A stretch of 64,000 bases of DNA from the NCBI GenBank assembly GCA_965230975.1, contig OZ246402.1:509009-573008 (forward strand), written 5' to 3'. Positions 9,892-20,500 of the stretch are shown in pieces; the stretch's first letter is position 1, and each line of letters opens with the position of its first letter. The translations under genes and the position numbers were made by a program. The notes beneath the pieces are model-generated. The model saw only the letters and a program-made list of their open reading frames with translations. It was not told where the DNA came from and did not search any database. The DNA is from an uncultured Candidatus Saccharibacteria bacterium. Lineage in GTDB: Bacteria > Patescibacteriota > Dojkabacteria > J137.

Positions 9892-10753
9892 ATTTCGTTA
9901 CTAAATTAGATACATCATTTTCATAACCTAAATAAATATGTCCACAACCAGGTAATATGCTTAAGTCTAGATTTTTAATATTTTTCCTTAATATGGATTC
10001 AACACTATCTAATGTATTGTATTCTGGCATATACAAAAAATCATCTTTATCACCAACAATTATTTTGACAGGAATGTTTATATTATTTAGAACAGGAAAT
10101 TTATAGTTGCTTCCTTTGTAAAAATCAAACATACAACTTAAATCATCTTGAATATACCAAGATTTATAAGTGTTATAACTAATTGGATAATCTTCATATT
10201 CGTTTGGAACAATATCTTTACCTTTTCCTTTCTTGACCATCTCAATAACATTTGTCAATCGTTCTTGAAAATTATCTCCTGAGTGCCTAATTATGTATCC
10301 ATTTTTATCAAATGGGGCTAATAAAATAAGTTTGTTTATTAAGTTTTTGAATTCGCCCTCAAATAAATACCTGGTTACTTTGATTGTCCCAAGAGAATGA
10401 CCAATTAAGTTAAAAGAAGTGTAGCCTTGATCCTTTAAAAATTGAATCCAAGCATTAATATCTAAGTGGGATTCTTCTATTTTCTCATTATATGAACCTA
10501 AGGTGATGCTATCTAATCCCTCTCTTGAAATAACGGTATGTACACCAGTTCCTCTTGTCATTATGCTTATGCATGCATAACCATTTTTAGATAGTGATTC
10601 TATATTTTGCTTTAAGAATTTTCTAGTATAAAAATCACCTTCAAAACCATGTACCATTATATTCGCAGGTTTGCTTTTATCACCTTCTGTAAGAAATCCA
10701 GAAAGAATAAGTTTATCTTGTGTAGTTGTTTGAACTAAAAATCCAGGGATCAT
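9878..10753 (-). CDS. alpha/beta-fold hydrolase
   Basis: 291 aa. Nucleophile elbow GHSLG (LIGHSLGT); C-terminal Asp/His typical of the fold (PGCGHIY). Confidence 0.7.
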   Translation of the reverse strand: MIPGFLVQTTTQDKLILSGFLTEGDKSKPANIMVHGFEGDFYTRKFLKQNIESLSKNGYACISIMTRGTGVHTVISREGLDSITLGSYNEKIEESHLDINAWIQFLKDQGYTSFNLIGHSLGTIKVTRYLFEGEFKNLINKLILLAPFDKNGYIIRHSGDNFQERLTNVIEMVKKGKGKDIVPNEYEDYPISYNTYKSWYIQDDLSCMFDFYKGSNYKFPVLNNINIPVKIIVGDKDDFLYMPEYNTLDSVESILRKNIKNLDLSILPGCGHIYLGYENDVSNLVTKFVNE

Positions 10754-10755
10754 AG

Positions 10756-11166
10756 CTATTCATTATCCTTCCTGAAATAATACCCAATCACAAATCCCAG
10801 AGTTCCTAGAAATATGCCGGATAATAAAGGTAAAACACTTGTTAGATTATCAATTATGCTAACTTGCCTAATAATTCCATCTAAAACGCAAATGAAAATA
10901 CCTAGAATAAAAACTATAAAAGTAAATGTAGTGTAAAGTACTGCAAGTTTGCCCCTGGTATCTTCTTGTTTTTTTACAACATACTCAGTTGCTTCTTCTA
11001 AAATTTTGTCTGCATATGTTAAATCAGAAGAGGTTTGATCTGCTTGTATAGAATCATCAGGTGTATTTTCTAAATCTTGATCTTCTTGACCCTCTTCTAT
11101 AAATTTAATAAGTTCATCTGGGTCTACAAATTCAATACCGAATTTTTCATCTTGAGATTGAGGCAT
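10756..11166 (-). CDS. hypothetical membrane protein
   Basis: 136 aa. Acidic N-terminus and two C-terminal TM helices. Confidence 0.45.
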   Translation of the reverse strand: MPQSQDEKFGIEFVDPDELIKFIEEGQEDQDLENTPDDSIQADQTSSDLTYADKILEEATEYVVKKQEDTRGKLAVLYTTFTFIVFILGIFICVLDGIIRQVSIIDNLTSVLPLLSGIFLGTLGFVIGYYFRKDNE

Positions 11167-11167
11167 A

Positions 11168-11404
11168 TTAATTATCTAATTTAGATAAGGCTGTTATTAT
11201 GGACTCTTTTCCGCTTTGAGGCTCCCTTAAAACAATTTCTTTGTTAATTGATTGTTTTAAGAGCTCTATTGCAGAACAAATAACATCTAAAGATGAAGTG
11301 TTTAATTTATCTTTTAGAGTTTGTATTTCTTTAGCAATATCTTTACTAACAAGCATTACTTCTACATCTTTGTTTTTTATTGCTTGAATACTTTTTGATG
11401 TCAT
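11168..11404 (-). CDS. hypothetical small protein
   Basis: 78-aa ORF abutting the downstream gene; no motif. Confidence 0.4.
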   Translation of the reverse strand: MTSKSIQAIKNKDVEVMLVSKDIAKEIQTLKDKLNTSSLDVICSAIELLKQSINKEIVLREPQSGKESIITALSKLDN

Positions 11405-11447
11405 TATTTACATGCTTTTATAAATAAACTATACTTTAAAGTATATC

Positions 11448-12113
11448 ATGAAAACAAAAGAGCTTATTAATACAAGAAGATTTTTAACATTAGATAAAAT
11501 TCTATTTGCTACACTTTTTTTAAGTTTATTGTCGGTAGTAGTTTTTTTGTTGTTAAAAACTTTTCAACAACCTGAAGTGTCGTTAGATAATAATCTTACA
11601 CAAACACAAAGGGAGTTTTTAACAATAGATAATCCAAGCCAAATAGTCAGCAATAGTGGAATTTATAATCTCCCTTCAGATTGGCAAGTTATATCCATTT
11701 ATAAAAACCCACAAGATTTTCCACTTCAGTGTGCAAGTTTGAGTGGGGTCAAATCTACAGAATGTGTGGTTTACGATATTACAAACGGAACAAATACTTT
11801 CTATGCATCTTTAAAAGAGCCATTGTTAAATGGAATTATTCCTTTGAATAGTGAGCTTACAACAAAATCAATAAAGTTTTTGGGTGAAAACAGAGATGTT
11901 TTTATGCAAGCACTTGCTTTAGAAGTAAGAACAGACGAGTCTGAAGGTGGTAAATCTGAACTATCTACAGAATCTTTTATTAGACAAGCTTATTTATGTT
12001 CTAGCGGAGAAGTTTGCTTTTCTACTGGAGATTTAGGACTTGATATTGAAGATAGTTCTAAATCATTGACTGCATTTATATCCTTTTTAGAAGGTATTAA
12101 ACTTCAAAAATAA
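11448..12113 (+). CDS. hypothetical membrane-anchored protein
   Basis: 221 aa with an N-terminal TM/signal anchor. Confidence 0.5.
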   Translation: MKTKELINTRRFLTLDKILFATLFLSLLSVVVFLLLKTFQQPEVSLDNNLTQTQREFLTIDNPSQIVSNSGIYNLPSDWQVISIYKNPQDFPLQCASLSGVKSTECVVYDITNGTNTFYASLKEPLLNGIIPLNSELTTKSIKFLGENRDVFMQALALEVRTDESEGGKSELSTESFIRQAYLCSSGEVCFSTGDLGLDIEDSSKSLTAFISFLEGIKLQK

Positions 12114-12177
12114 TTGTTTGAACACTATTCAGTAATTGACTTATTTGTTGTAAACTTAAATAAAGTTAATTATTTAT

Positions 12178-12717
12178 ATGAACGAATTAGAAGCCTCTTA
12201 CTTTGTACAGCAGTACCCAACTTTTGTTGCAATATTTGTCTTAATGGTGGTTGTTATTGCAGTTTTATCTTCTGTAGTAATTATCCAAACCAGAAAGCAA
12301 CAGCTAAGACCAAAGTATGGCTTTTTAGGTAAACCTTTAGCTTTCTTATTTTTTGCTGTACTTGCAGTGGGTAGTATTAGTTTGGTTTATTACTCTACAA
12401 AAACTTCTCAAGATGTGGGTAATGTAAGTGCAGATAGAGAATTAAATTTAGTTATAAAAGATCAAAAAATTGAATCTAATGTTTATAGATTAAGTATATT
12501 ACCAAGTATTAACCAAGACACTTGGGGGTCTACAGAAAAATTCAATGTATATTGGACAATTAGCAATACAGAATCTTTTACAAGGGTAGAGCTAGATCTA
12601 TCAGAATCTAATCAGGGTGGTATAATTGTAGAATTGAAATCAGGTAAAAACATAATAAAAGCTGTTGTTTTTACAGAAGAGATGTCAAAAGAAATTACAA
12701 AAGAAATAATCCTTTAA
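12178..12717 (+). CDS. hypothetical membrane protein
   Basis: 179 aa. Two TM helices then a soluble domain. Its stop overlaps the start of the DHH gene. Confidence 0.5.
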   Translation: MNELEASYFVQQYPTFVAIFVLMVVVIAVLSSVVIIQTRKQQLRPKYGFLGKPLAFLFFAVLAVGSISLVYYSTKTSQDVGNVSADRELNLVIKDQKIESNVYRLSILPSINQDTWGSTEKFNVYWTISNTESFTRVELDLSESNQGGIIVELKSGKNIIKAVVFTEEMSKEITKEIIL

Positions 12718-13748
12718 TGAACATAAATGCTATTAAAGATAAAATAAAATCTGCCAATAAGATTTTAATTTTACCCTCACAACCTGCAGATTTAGATTGC
12801 TTAACATCTGCCTTATCTATTAATTGGTATGTAAAAACTATCTTTAAAAAAGAAGATGTACGTATATATTCATTTTTTCAAATACCCGAAAAACTGGTAA
12901 TTTTTGATGATATTAATCAAATTGAACAAAAGTATTTAGATAATATTGATATTAGTGTTTACGATTTAATTATTGGAGTAGATGGAAATGGTTTTGATAG
13001 ATACTTAACCAATTCTTATCAAAAATTTGTATCTCAAGAAAGCTTGGTTAATAAATTTATTAATATAGATCATCATCAGCCCGATATAAATTCTCAATTT
13101 GATAGTGATTTAAATATTTCTGACCCAAGCGCATCATCTACAACTTTGGTAATTTTTAGAGACTTATTTAAAGATATAGAAATAACTAAAGAAGTTGCCA
13201 CCTGGCTTTATACTGGTATTTTAAGTGATTCGGGTAACTTTAGATGGAATATTAATGCAGAAACCTTAAGTGTTGCATCTCAGCTTTTAGAAAAGGGTGC
13301 AGATTACTTAAAAGCAGGAAATATTAATATCCCTATTAAAGAGATTGATTTTTCTGTATGGGCCATTAGTCATACCCAATACCTAACAGATTTACGCACA
13401 ACCGTTTTGTATATTGATAAAACTCATTACCAAGAGTTAGATAGTTTGTTTGGAGAGAAGTGGGATTTTAAAGATTTAGATAGGTACTATAAAAATTCTT
13501 TTTGCAAATCTATAGAAGGTTTTGATTATTATTTAATTTTAAAAGAAGATAAAAAAGCAGATAACGTTCGGGTAACTTGGAGAATGCGTGATTTGCCTGT
13601 TAAGCCAATTAATTTTGTAAGAATAATGCAAGATCTGGGATTTGATGCCGGAGGTCATTTAAATTCTGCAAGTGGCAGAGCATATGGTAAAAAAATATCT
13701 GAGGTTTGGGAAAAGCTTAAAGCTAAACTTGAACAAGAGATATTGTGA
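12717..13748 (+). CDS. DHH-family phosphoesterase (NrnA-like oligoribonuclease/pAp phosphatase)
   Basis: DHH motif NIDHHQPD. DHHA1 motif GGHLNSASG near the C-terminus. 343 aa. Confidence 0.75.
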   Translation: MNINAIKDKIKSANKILILPSQPADLDCLTSALSINWYVKTIFKKEDVRIYSFFQIPEKLVIFDDINQIEQKYLDNIDISVYDLIIGVDGNGFDRYLTNSYQKFVSQESLVNKFINIDHHQPDINSQFDSDLNISDPSASSTTLVIFRDLFKDIEITKEVATWLYTGILSDSGNFRWNINAETLSVASQLLEKGADYLKAGNINIPIKEIDFSVWAISHTQYLTDLRTTVLYIDKTHYQELDSLFGEKWDFKDLDRYYKNSFCKSIEGFDYYLILKEDKKADNVRVTWRMRDLPVKPINFVRIMQDLGFDAGGHLNSASGRAYGKKISEVWEKLKAKLEQEIL

Positions 13749-14108
13749 TTAATAAACTTCGTCTATAGGGAATAATATTTCTTCAGTTTCTTTATTTATA
13801 ATCTTGATCGCAAATACAGGGCAAGATTGTGCAGCTGACAAGATAAGGTCATCTTCATCCCATGTTCCATCTTCAACTAGCTCTGCTTTGTTTTCTTCGT
13901 TCATAAAGAAGGTTAAAGGTGCAATTGCTGCGCAAGAAGCAGCACCTATGCATTTGTTTATGTCATATTCAACAATATAGTTACTTGTATCTGTTGTTGC
14001 CCTAAAGACCCCTTCTGAAATTTCTTCTATATGTATAGTTTGTCCTTTTGGTGTAACAGGTGCCTTTGCAGGGTTAGTATTTATTTTTGGCAAAGGTGTC
14101 GAGTTCAT
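13749..14108 (-). CDS. ferredoxin-like Fe-S protein (divergent mono-cluster type)
   Basis: CIGAASCAAIAP ... AAQSCPVFAI resembles single-cluster ferredoxins, but with only three Cys (C-x5-C ... CP). Confidence 0.5.
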   Translation of the reverse strand: MNSTPLPKINTNPAKAPVTPKGQTIHIEEISEGVFRATTDTSNYIVEYDINKCIGAASCAAIAPLTFFMNEENKAELVEDGTWDEDDLILSAAQSCPVFAIKIINKETEEILFPIDEVY

Positions 14109-14199
14109 ATTTTGAAATTTATACGGTGCAATTATAGCTTAACTTTAGCCCTATAGTTAGTTTTTAATGTACTTTTTATAAAGCAGAGGGTATATTTTT

Positions 14200-14607
14200 A
14201 TGTCCAATAAAATTATTTATTATATTTACATAATGAATATCTCCAGAATTGATGCAATTGAGTCCACTTTCTTTCCTGAAACTCTAAATTGCTACGGTAC
14301 AAAATACCCTGCCAGAATAGAAGAAAGAGATGGTTGTGATGTTTTGGTAATTGATGTAAGCCATGAACCAATAAGACCTAATACTCCTCAGAATGTACAA
14401 ATTGATAATTCGGCAAGGTGGCATATTAATAAAATATTAGAAGGAACTTATGATCGGTCAATGTTTGAGCTAGAGGTTAAAAGAAGAGATATACAAGTTC
14501 CCAAAGAGTCTAAATTTGATACTACTGTTTATAAGGCTATTGAATTTGAATATACTTTGAAAGCAAAACCAGTTAGCTCTGATGAATTGTTCCCGGCCGG
14601 TTGTTAA
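14200..14607 (+). CDS. hypothetical protein
   Basis: 135-aa ORF; true start may be an internal Met; no motif. Confidence 0.4.
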   Translation: MSNKIIYYIYIMNISRIDAIESTFFPETLNCYGTKYPARIEERDGCDVLVIDVSHEPIRPNTPQNVQIDNSARWHINKILEGTYDRSMFELEVKRRDIQVPKESKFDTTVYKAIEFEYTLKAKPVSSDELFPAGC

Positions 14608-14681
14608 TTTTATAAAAGCAGTGTGTGGAATAACTTTAGATGATAGTGTTATACTCCAATACTTAAATATTAGTTAGTTTT

Positions 14682-15134
14682 ATGGCTAATCATAATGACA
14701 TGCTAGAACAAGGTTCCGGTGTATCTACTGAAATGGTATTGAATCACCAAGAGATACAGTCTCTTATTTCAGATTTAAGTACATCACTTAGTGAGGTAGA
14801 AATTAAAGGTGCCAAATATTCTGCAATAATTGCTCAAGATATTTCAAACCCTAGAGAAGTTTCAATTGTGTTTGATACTTCAAAACCTTTATTAAAGGCA
14901 GTGGACATACAAAGCTTGGTAGATTTAATTGAACAAACTGTTGATGATTTAATTACAGCTAAGTTTATGAAAAATGATAAGACTGGGAATCATACTTCTC
15001 GTTATTTTCGTAGAATTGAGTTATATAAGTCGCTTAAGCCTGATCGTAGTGGGTGTGAAAGATTAGAGTTTGTCTATAAAGCAGGTTTAGAAAATGAGGG
15101 TGATGATTTTACTGAACGTATTCACGAAGCATAA
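14682..15134 (+). CDS. hypothetical protein
   Basis: 150-aa ORF; no motif. Confidence 0.45.
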   Translation: MANHNDMLEQGSGVSTEMVLNHQEIQSLISDLSTSLSEVEIKGAKYSAIIAQDISNPREVSIVFDTSKPLLKAVDIQSLVDLIEQTVDDLITAKFMKNDKTGNHTSRYFRRIELYKSLKPDRSGCERLEFVYKAGLENEGDDFTERIHEA

Positions 15135-15207
15135 TCTCTAAAAATTCTCTTTAATTTAGAATAACTCATTTGAGACTTAGCTAAAACAAGAGTAAAATAT
15201 CAAAGCT

Positions 15208-16773
15208 ATGAATACACCTACCGACAATAACGATGTAAGTAATCACAAATTAGAGCGAATTTTAGAAATGATTCCTGGAATAGCTTTGTGGATATTACTA
15301 TTATCTCCGCTTTGGGCTGGTGTTTCTTTCCCAATGTTTATTTTAAATGTATTTTTAATACTATCAGTTTACTGGTTATACAGAGCCTTGCTTACACCAA
15401 TAGGATTATTTTTTGGTTATAGAAAAGTTCAAGATGCGTTAAAAAAAGATTGGATGCAGGAGATTAAAAACTTGAGAAAAGAGGATTTACCAAATTCTGA
15501 AGAATTACCAGATGATTTGTTCCCAGGCTATTTAGTAGTTTTGCCTAACTATGGAGAAGAATATCCGGTATTACAAAGAACAATAAAGGCTTTAATGGAG
15601 CAAAATTACCCAAAAGAAAAGATTTATTTGTGCGTATCAATAGAACAAAGAAAAGCGTTAAAAGACCCAGTTTATGCAAATAGACTAAATTTATTAAAAG
15701 AAGAGTTTGGCGACTTTTTTAAAGATAGATTGTTTTTAACAGCTCACCCTGGAGATATACCTGGAGAGGTTCCTGGAGCTGCATCTAACAGAAGATGGGG
15801 TACTAAATATGCTGTAGAGCAATTAGAATCTATGGGTAAAGATATTTCAAAATTCTTAATTACTGCACCAGATGGAGATCTTGTATTTCATAAAGAGTAC
15901 CTAGCAGCTTCTGCATATAAATGGATTGTGAATGAAAAGCGAAATAGAAAGTTTTATCAAACAGCTTTATATACTTTCAATAATAACTATTGGGAAGTTC
16001 CAATCTTAATTAGAATAGTTGTAATTAACTTAACCTTGCCCGTACTCGCATCTTCCATTTTAGAGAAGCATAAAAGAGAGACTTGGTCTTGTTTTACTTT
16101 AAACCTGGATGTAATGAAAAAGGTGGATTATTGGGATCCAACATTATCTATAGATGACACACCTTTTTATTGGAGACCATTTGCATATTTTAACGGAGAC
16201 TGGGAATGTGAAGTATTTTTTATTCCATTAAGTGCAGATGCAATTTATGAAGATAACTATTTGCAAAATCACAAAGCGCAATACAAACAATATTTGAGGT
16301 GGGGTTGGGGAGTTATAACTTTTCCTTTGGCAATAAAATTATTAATCAAAAATAAAGAGATTCCAATGTGGTTAAAATTAGTAAAAGTTCAGCAATTATT
16401 CGAAATATTTGTTTTTTGGAAAGTTTTGGCATTTTTAATTACTTTAGGCATTCCAATAGTTCTTTTCTTAAATAGGGATTTAAGTAATTATGTTTATGCA
16501 TATACTTTCCCATCATTAGTCTCTTCAATAATGAGTTTGGCGGTTCTTGGAATGCTTCCTGCCTTATATTACAAAATTAAAATTGCACCACCCAAACCTG
16601 CAAATATGTCAAAAATAAAATATTTATTTTTGGTTGTAATAGAAGCTCCAATGAACATTATTACTCTTTTCACATTTAGCTTTTTCCCTTTCATAGTCGC
16701 AACAACAGGCATGATGTTGGGGCAAAGAGCAGAAAAAAAGATTAAGTGGTCAGATAAAAAACTTGCAAATTGA
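15208..16773 (+). CDS. integral-membrane family-2 glycosyltransferase-like protein
   Basis: N-terminal TM helices. GT2-A-like segment VVLPNYGEEYPVLQRTIKALMEQNYP...IYLCVSIE. A DxD-like ITAPDGDLV. Multiple C-terminal TM helices, a synthase-like architecture. Confidence 0.5.
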   Translation: MNTPTDNNDVSNHKLERILEMIPGIALWILLLSPLWAGVSFPMFILNVFLILSVYWLYRALLTPIGLFFGYRKVQDALKKDWMQEIKNLRKEDLPNSEELPDDLFPGYLVVLPNYGEEYPVLQRTIKALMEQNYPKEKIYLCVSIEQRKALKDPVYANRLNLLKEEFGDFFKDRLFLTAHPGDIPGEVPGAASNRRWGTKYAVEQLESMGKDISKFLITAPDGDLVFHKEYLAASAYKWIVNEKRNRKFYQTALYTFNNNYWEVPILIRIVVINLTLPVLASSILEKHKRETWSCFTLNLDVMKKVDYWDPTLSIDDTPFYWRPFAYFNGDWECEVFFIPLSADAIYEDNYLQNHKAQYKQYLRWGWGVITFPLAIKLLIKNKEIPMWLKLVKVQQLFEIFVFWKVLAFLITLGIPIVLFLNRDLSNYVYAYTFPSLVSSIMSLAVLGMLPALYYKIKIAPPKPANMSKIKYLFLVVIEAPMNIITLFTFSFFPFIVATTGMMLGQRAEKKIKWSDKKLAN

Positions 16774-16891
16774 CCTGTTTAGTATTCTCTTGAATTAAAT
16801 TTTTAAACCATTTACTAAAGCCAAAGCCAAGGATGCTAAATACTTGAATGGTAAATAAATATTAGGGTGGATAACTAGAGTGTTAAATAAC

Positions 16892-16940
16892 CTGAATGTC
16901 AGAAAGCTTCAATGTCAGATAACTTCAATGTCAGATAGCT
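16892..16940. repeat. three tandem copies of a 16-bp unit (CTTCAATGTCAGATAA-like)
   Basis: ctgaatgtcagaaag / cttcaatgtcagataa / cttcaatgtcagatag read directly in sequence. Confidence 0.8.
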
Positions 16941-17230
16941 ACTTTGATATGACCAATTTAGTAAAATAATAGGCTCTTACAGTGCATAACACACCTCCCT
17001 TTTCTTAACCCAATATTAAGGTATACGCCAAAGGAGTGTACCAAATAAATAGCCTTCGAAACTTAACTTGCTAAAACCACTAACATATAAAGGTTTTTAA
17101 AAACTCAATAAATTAAAGTATACCAAAGTGAAAGAACAAAGGCGTATACCAAAACTTGAACATCTCATAAATAGTAAGAGACTCCCCAAGACTTATAAAA
17201 AATTCGAATTTTCAAACCTTGCAACTCAAA

Positions 17231-17282
17231 TAAGTCTTTTAGTTATCAGACATTGTCTTTATCTATATTTCGCAATATTGCG
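17231..17282. repeat. 40-bp direct repeat copy 1 followed by 12-bp perfect palindrome CGCAATATTGCG
   Basis: TAAGTCTTTTAGTTATCAGACATTGTCTTTATCTATATTT is 100% identical to the copy at 17420-17459. The palindrome is at 17271-17282. Confidence 0.8.
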
Positions 17283-17419
17283 AAAATACTATATCAATTG
17301 AAAAAGTTTATAGCTCTTAATTTAGTAATTACAACAATTGATTTAGTCATCAGTAATCGCCTTGATTAATTACTATAAGACTTAGAAATTATAATTCGCT
17401 TCCAATAATATTATTAATA

Positions 17420-17459
17420 TAAGTCTTTTAGTTATCAGACATTGTCTTTATCTATATTT
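17420..17459. repeat. 40-bp direct repeat copy 2 (promoter-like, ~120 bp upstream of dnaE ATG)
   Basis: Identical 40-mer. Contains TTATCA ... TATATT and TTGTCT elements resembling -35/-10 boxes. Confidence 0.8.
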
Positions 17460-17582
17460 TGCTGTAAGCAAAAACACTATGAGTCTTTAAAGAAAGGTAC
17501 ACCTCTAATATAATAAATAAGACGCATGTAAATTTAACTGCCAAAAATATTTCAAAAGATAGAATTTGATATAACATATAAT

Positions 17583-20500
17583 ATGCCATTTACACATCTT
17601 CACGTTCACACAGAATACTCCATGCTAGATGGAGTTAATAGAATCCCTAAACTTTTTGAACGTACAAAAGAGCTGGGAATGGAATCTATTGCCATGACAG
17701 ATCACGGAATGATGACTGGGTTAGCAGAGTTTTGGAAGCTTTCAAAAGACTTTGGTGTAAAGCCAATTATTGGTTGTGAGATTTATGTATCCCCTACAAA
17801 CAGAACAATCCGCGAAGCAGTTGAGGGAATAAAATATTACCATTTACTATTATTAGCCAAAGATTTAGAAGGGTACAGAAATTTAATAAAAATTGTGAGT
17901 ATAGGTCATTTAGAAGGGATGTACTATAAACCAAGAGTTGATAGAGAAACTTTGGCAAAATATTCAAAAGGTTTAATATGCACATCTGCTTGCATGGCCG
18001 GTCCATTATCAAGGCACATATTAAGAAAGCAGTACGATAAAGCCGAAGAGTGGCTACAATTTTTGAAGGCAACTTATGGTCAAGATTTTTATTTAGAACT
18101 TCAAAGACATGGGTTTGACGGTAGTGATGAATTAACTAAAGATGAACTTTCCCGACTTGATTCAGATGTTACAGAAGATGGTGGGGAAGAATCAATCGAT
18201 GCCTCAAGTGATCAAAAAATAATAAACCAAAAACTTAGAGAATACTCAAAAAAATACAATGTACCTTTAGTTTGTACAACAGACGCACATTATTTGTTAA
18301 AAGAAGATAGAGAGGTTCAAACCATTTTATTTGCAGTAAAAGATGGAAGACAAATTGCAGATGATGCATGTAGAAAAGGTTATGTCGGAACATACATAAC
18401 TTCACCTCAAGAAATGGATATTAAATTTAGTGATTGTAAAGAGGCGATTGAAAATACCATGGTCATTGCAGATAAAATTGAGCCGTTTTCAATCGCCCAC
18501 GATAGAGTTCAACCCAAATATTGGAACCTACCTAAAGACAAAACTGCAGAAGAAGAGCTAAGAATACAAACATTTGCCGGAGCTGTTAAAAAATATGCAG
18601 GTTCTGATTTACGAACTGGAAAAAAGGAAAAGGTAGAACAAAGTATAATTGATAAACTTCAAAAAGAGGTTTTATCGGGTGATTTGAAAAATGCAAAAGA
18701 ATTTTTAGGAAAAGATTTGGTAGAGAGATTAGATTACGAATTAAAAGTTATTCATGATAAAGGTTATGACGATTACTTTTTGGTTGTTTCAGATTTAATG
18801 AAATGGTCTGCAAGCCAAGGGATTCTAATGGGAGTAAGAGGTTCTGTAGCAGGATCTGCTGCTGCGCACTGTTTAGAGATTGTAGAGGTAGAACCAATAA
18901 AATGGGAATTATATTTTGAAAGATTTTTAAATCCAGAAAGACCATCTCCGCCAGATATAGACATGGATATTCAAGATTCCAGAAGAGATGAAGTAATAAA
19001 ATATGCAGAAGAAAAATATGGTAAAGAATCTGTGGCAGCAATTACTGCGGTTGGAAGATTTAAAACTAAAGCGGCAATTAGAGATGTTGCAAGGGTTATG
19101 GGTATAGACTTAAAAATTGCGGATAGACTATCTAAGATGGTTAAAGTTCACTTTGGTAAAGTTTACCCAATAGATAAAATGATTAAAGAAGACCCCGAGT
19201 TTGCTTCAATCATTGATGGTGACCCTCAACTGCAAGAACTTGCTACACACGTAAGAAAAATTGAAAATATGAGTAGGCACTCATCTGTGCATGCTTGTGG
19301 ACACTTAATTACACCTGGTCCAATTACAAATTATGTACCGCTTCAACTAGAAACCAAAGGTGCAGGAAGACAGGTGACTCAATTAGAAGGCCCTTGGCTT
19401 GAAGAGCTGGGATTAATGAAATTCGACTTTTTGGGTTTAAGAACTCTTACTATTATTCAAAAAGCTATTGAAATTATTAATAAAAAACATAATGCAGATA
19501 TAGATTTCTACACAATTCCAAATGACGATAAAAAAACTTTTGAGCTATTTTCTAGAGGGGAAACGATTGGAGTGTTCCAATTTGAGTCTCCTCCTATGCA
19601 ACAATACTTAAAAGAATTAAAACCAGAAACTCAAGAAGATATCTGCTTCTTGGCTGCAGCATACAGACCCGGAGCCATGGCTTACATCTCTGACTATATT
19701 AAAAGAAAACATGGAGAGCAGGAAACCCAATTCTTAGTGCCAGAAATGGAAGCGATTGTTGGTAAAACCTACGGTTTTGCTATTTACCAAGAACAAATCA
19801 TTATGATCGCAGTAAATATTGCAGGCTATTCCATGGGTGGTGCCGATTTATTAAGAAGAGCCATGGGTAAGAAAAAAATCGAAGTTATGCAAAAAGAGGA
19901 GGTTAAATTTAAAGATGGTATCAAGGCAAAAGGTTTCTCCGAAGAAGTTGGCAAAAAATTATGGGAATACCTTTTGCCGTTTGCAGATTACGGTTTTAAT
20001 AAAGCTCACGCCGCTGGTTATGCTGTTTTGGCATATAAATGCGCATACTTAAAAGCACATTATCCTCTTGAATTCATGACTGCTTTAATGCATTCAGACC
20101 TGGAAGATTTAGAAAGGGTAACAATCGATATACAAGAATCTAAAAGAATGGGTTATGACGTATTAGCTCCTAATGTTAATAAATCTGATATCTACTTTTC
20201 TACAGAAGGTAATAATGGAATTAGATTTGGTTTAGGAGCAATTAAAAATGTAGGTGTTAAGGTTTGTGAAAAAATTGTTGAAGAGAGAGAAGCTAATGGT
20301 CCATTCAAACATATGGATGATCTTGTTTTTAGAGTAGGGACTACAAATATTAATAAAAGATCTTTGGAAAGTTTGATTAAATCTGGTGCTATGGATGAGT
20401 TTGGTGACAGGAATGCAATGCTTCAAATAATGCCAGAGGTACTTGCAAAGGCAAATGTTAAAAAGAAGGTTAAAGATGAAGCTCAGGAGGATTTATTTGG

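Noticed and set aside
12114-12332. 72-aa plus-strand ORF overlapping the start of 12178-12717
   Set aside because: It shares sequence with the longer, better-supported ORF in another frame and is Cys/Asn-rich low complexity.
16866-16876. DnaA-box-like GTGGATAAC upstream of dnaE (possible oriC)
   Set aside because: It is a single imperfect box with no cluster and no dnaA/dnaN nearby. Evidence for an origin is insufficient.
16892-16940. Tandem 16-bp repeats considered as a possible CRISPR array
   Set aside because: There are only three contiguous units with no spacers, and no cas genes in the window. This is a simple tandem repeat.
17231-17459. 40-bp direct repeats considered as ends of a MITE or IS remnant
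   Set aside because: Direct rather than inverted terminal repeats, no target-site duplication, and no transposase. It is kept as a finding only as an unexplained repeat.
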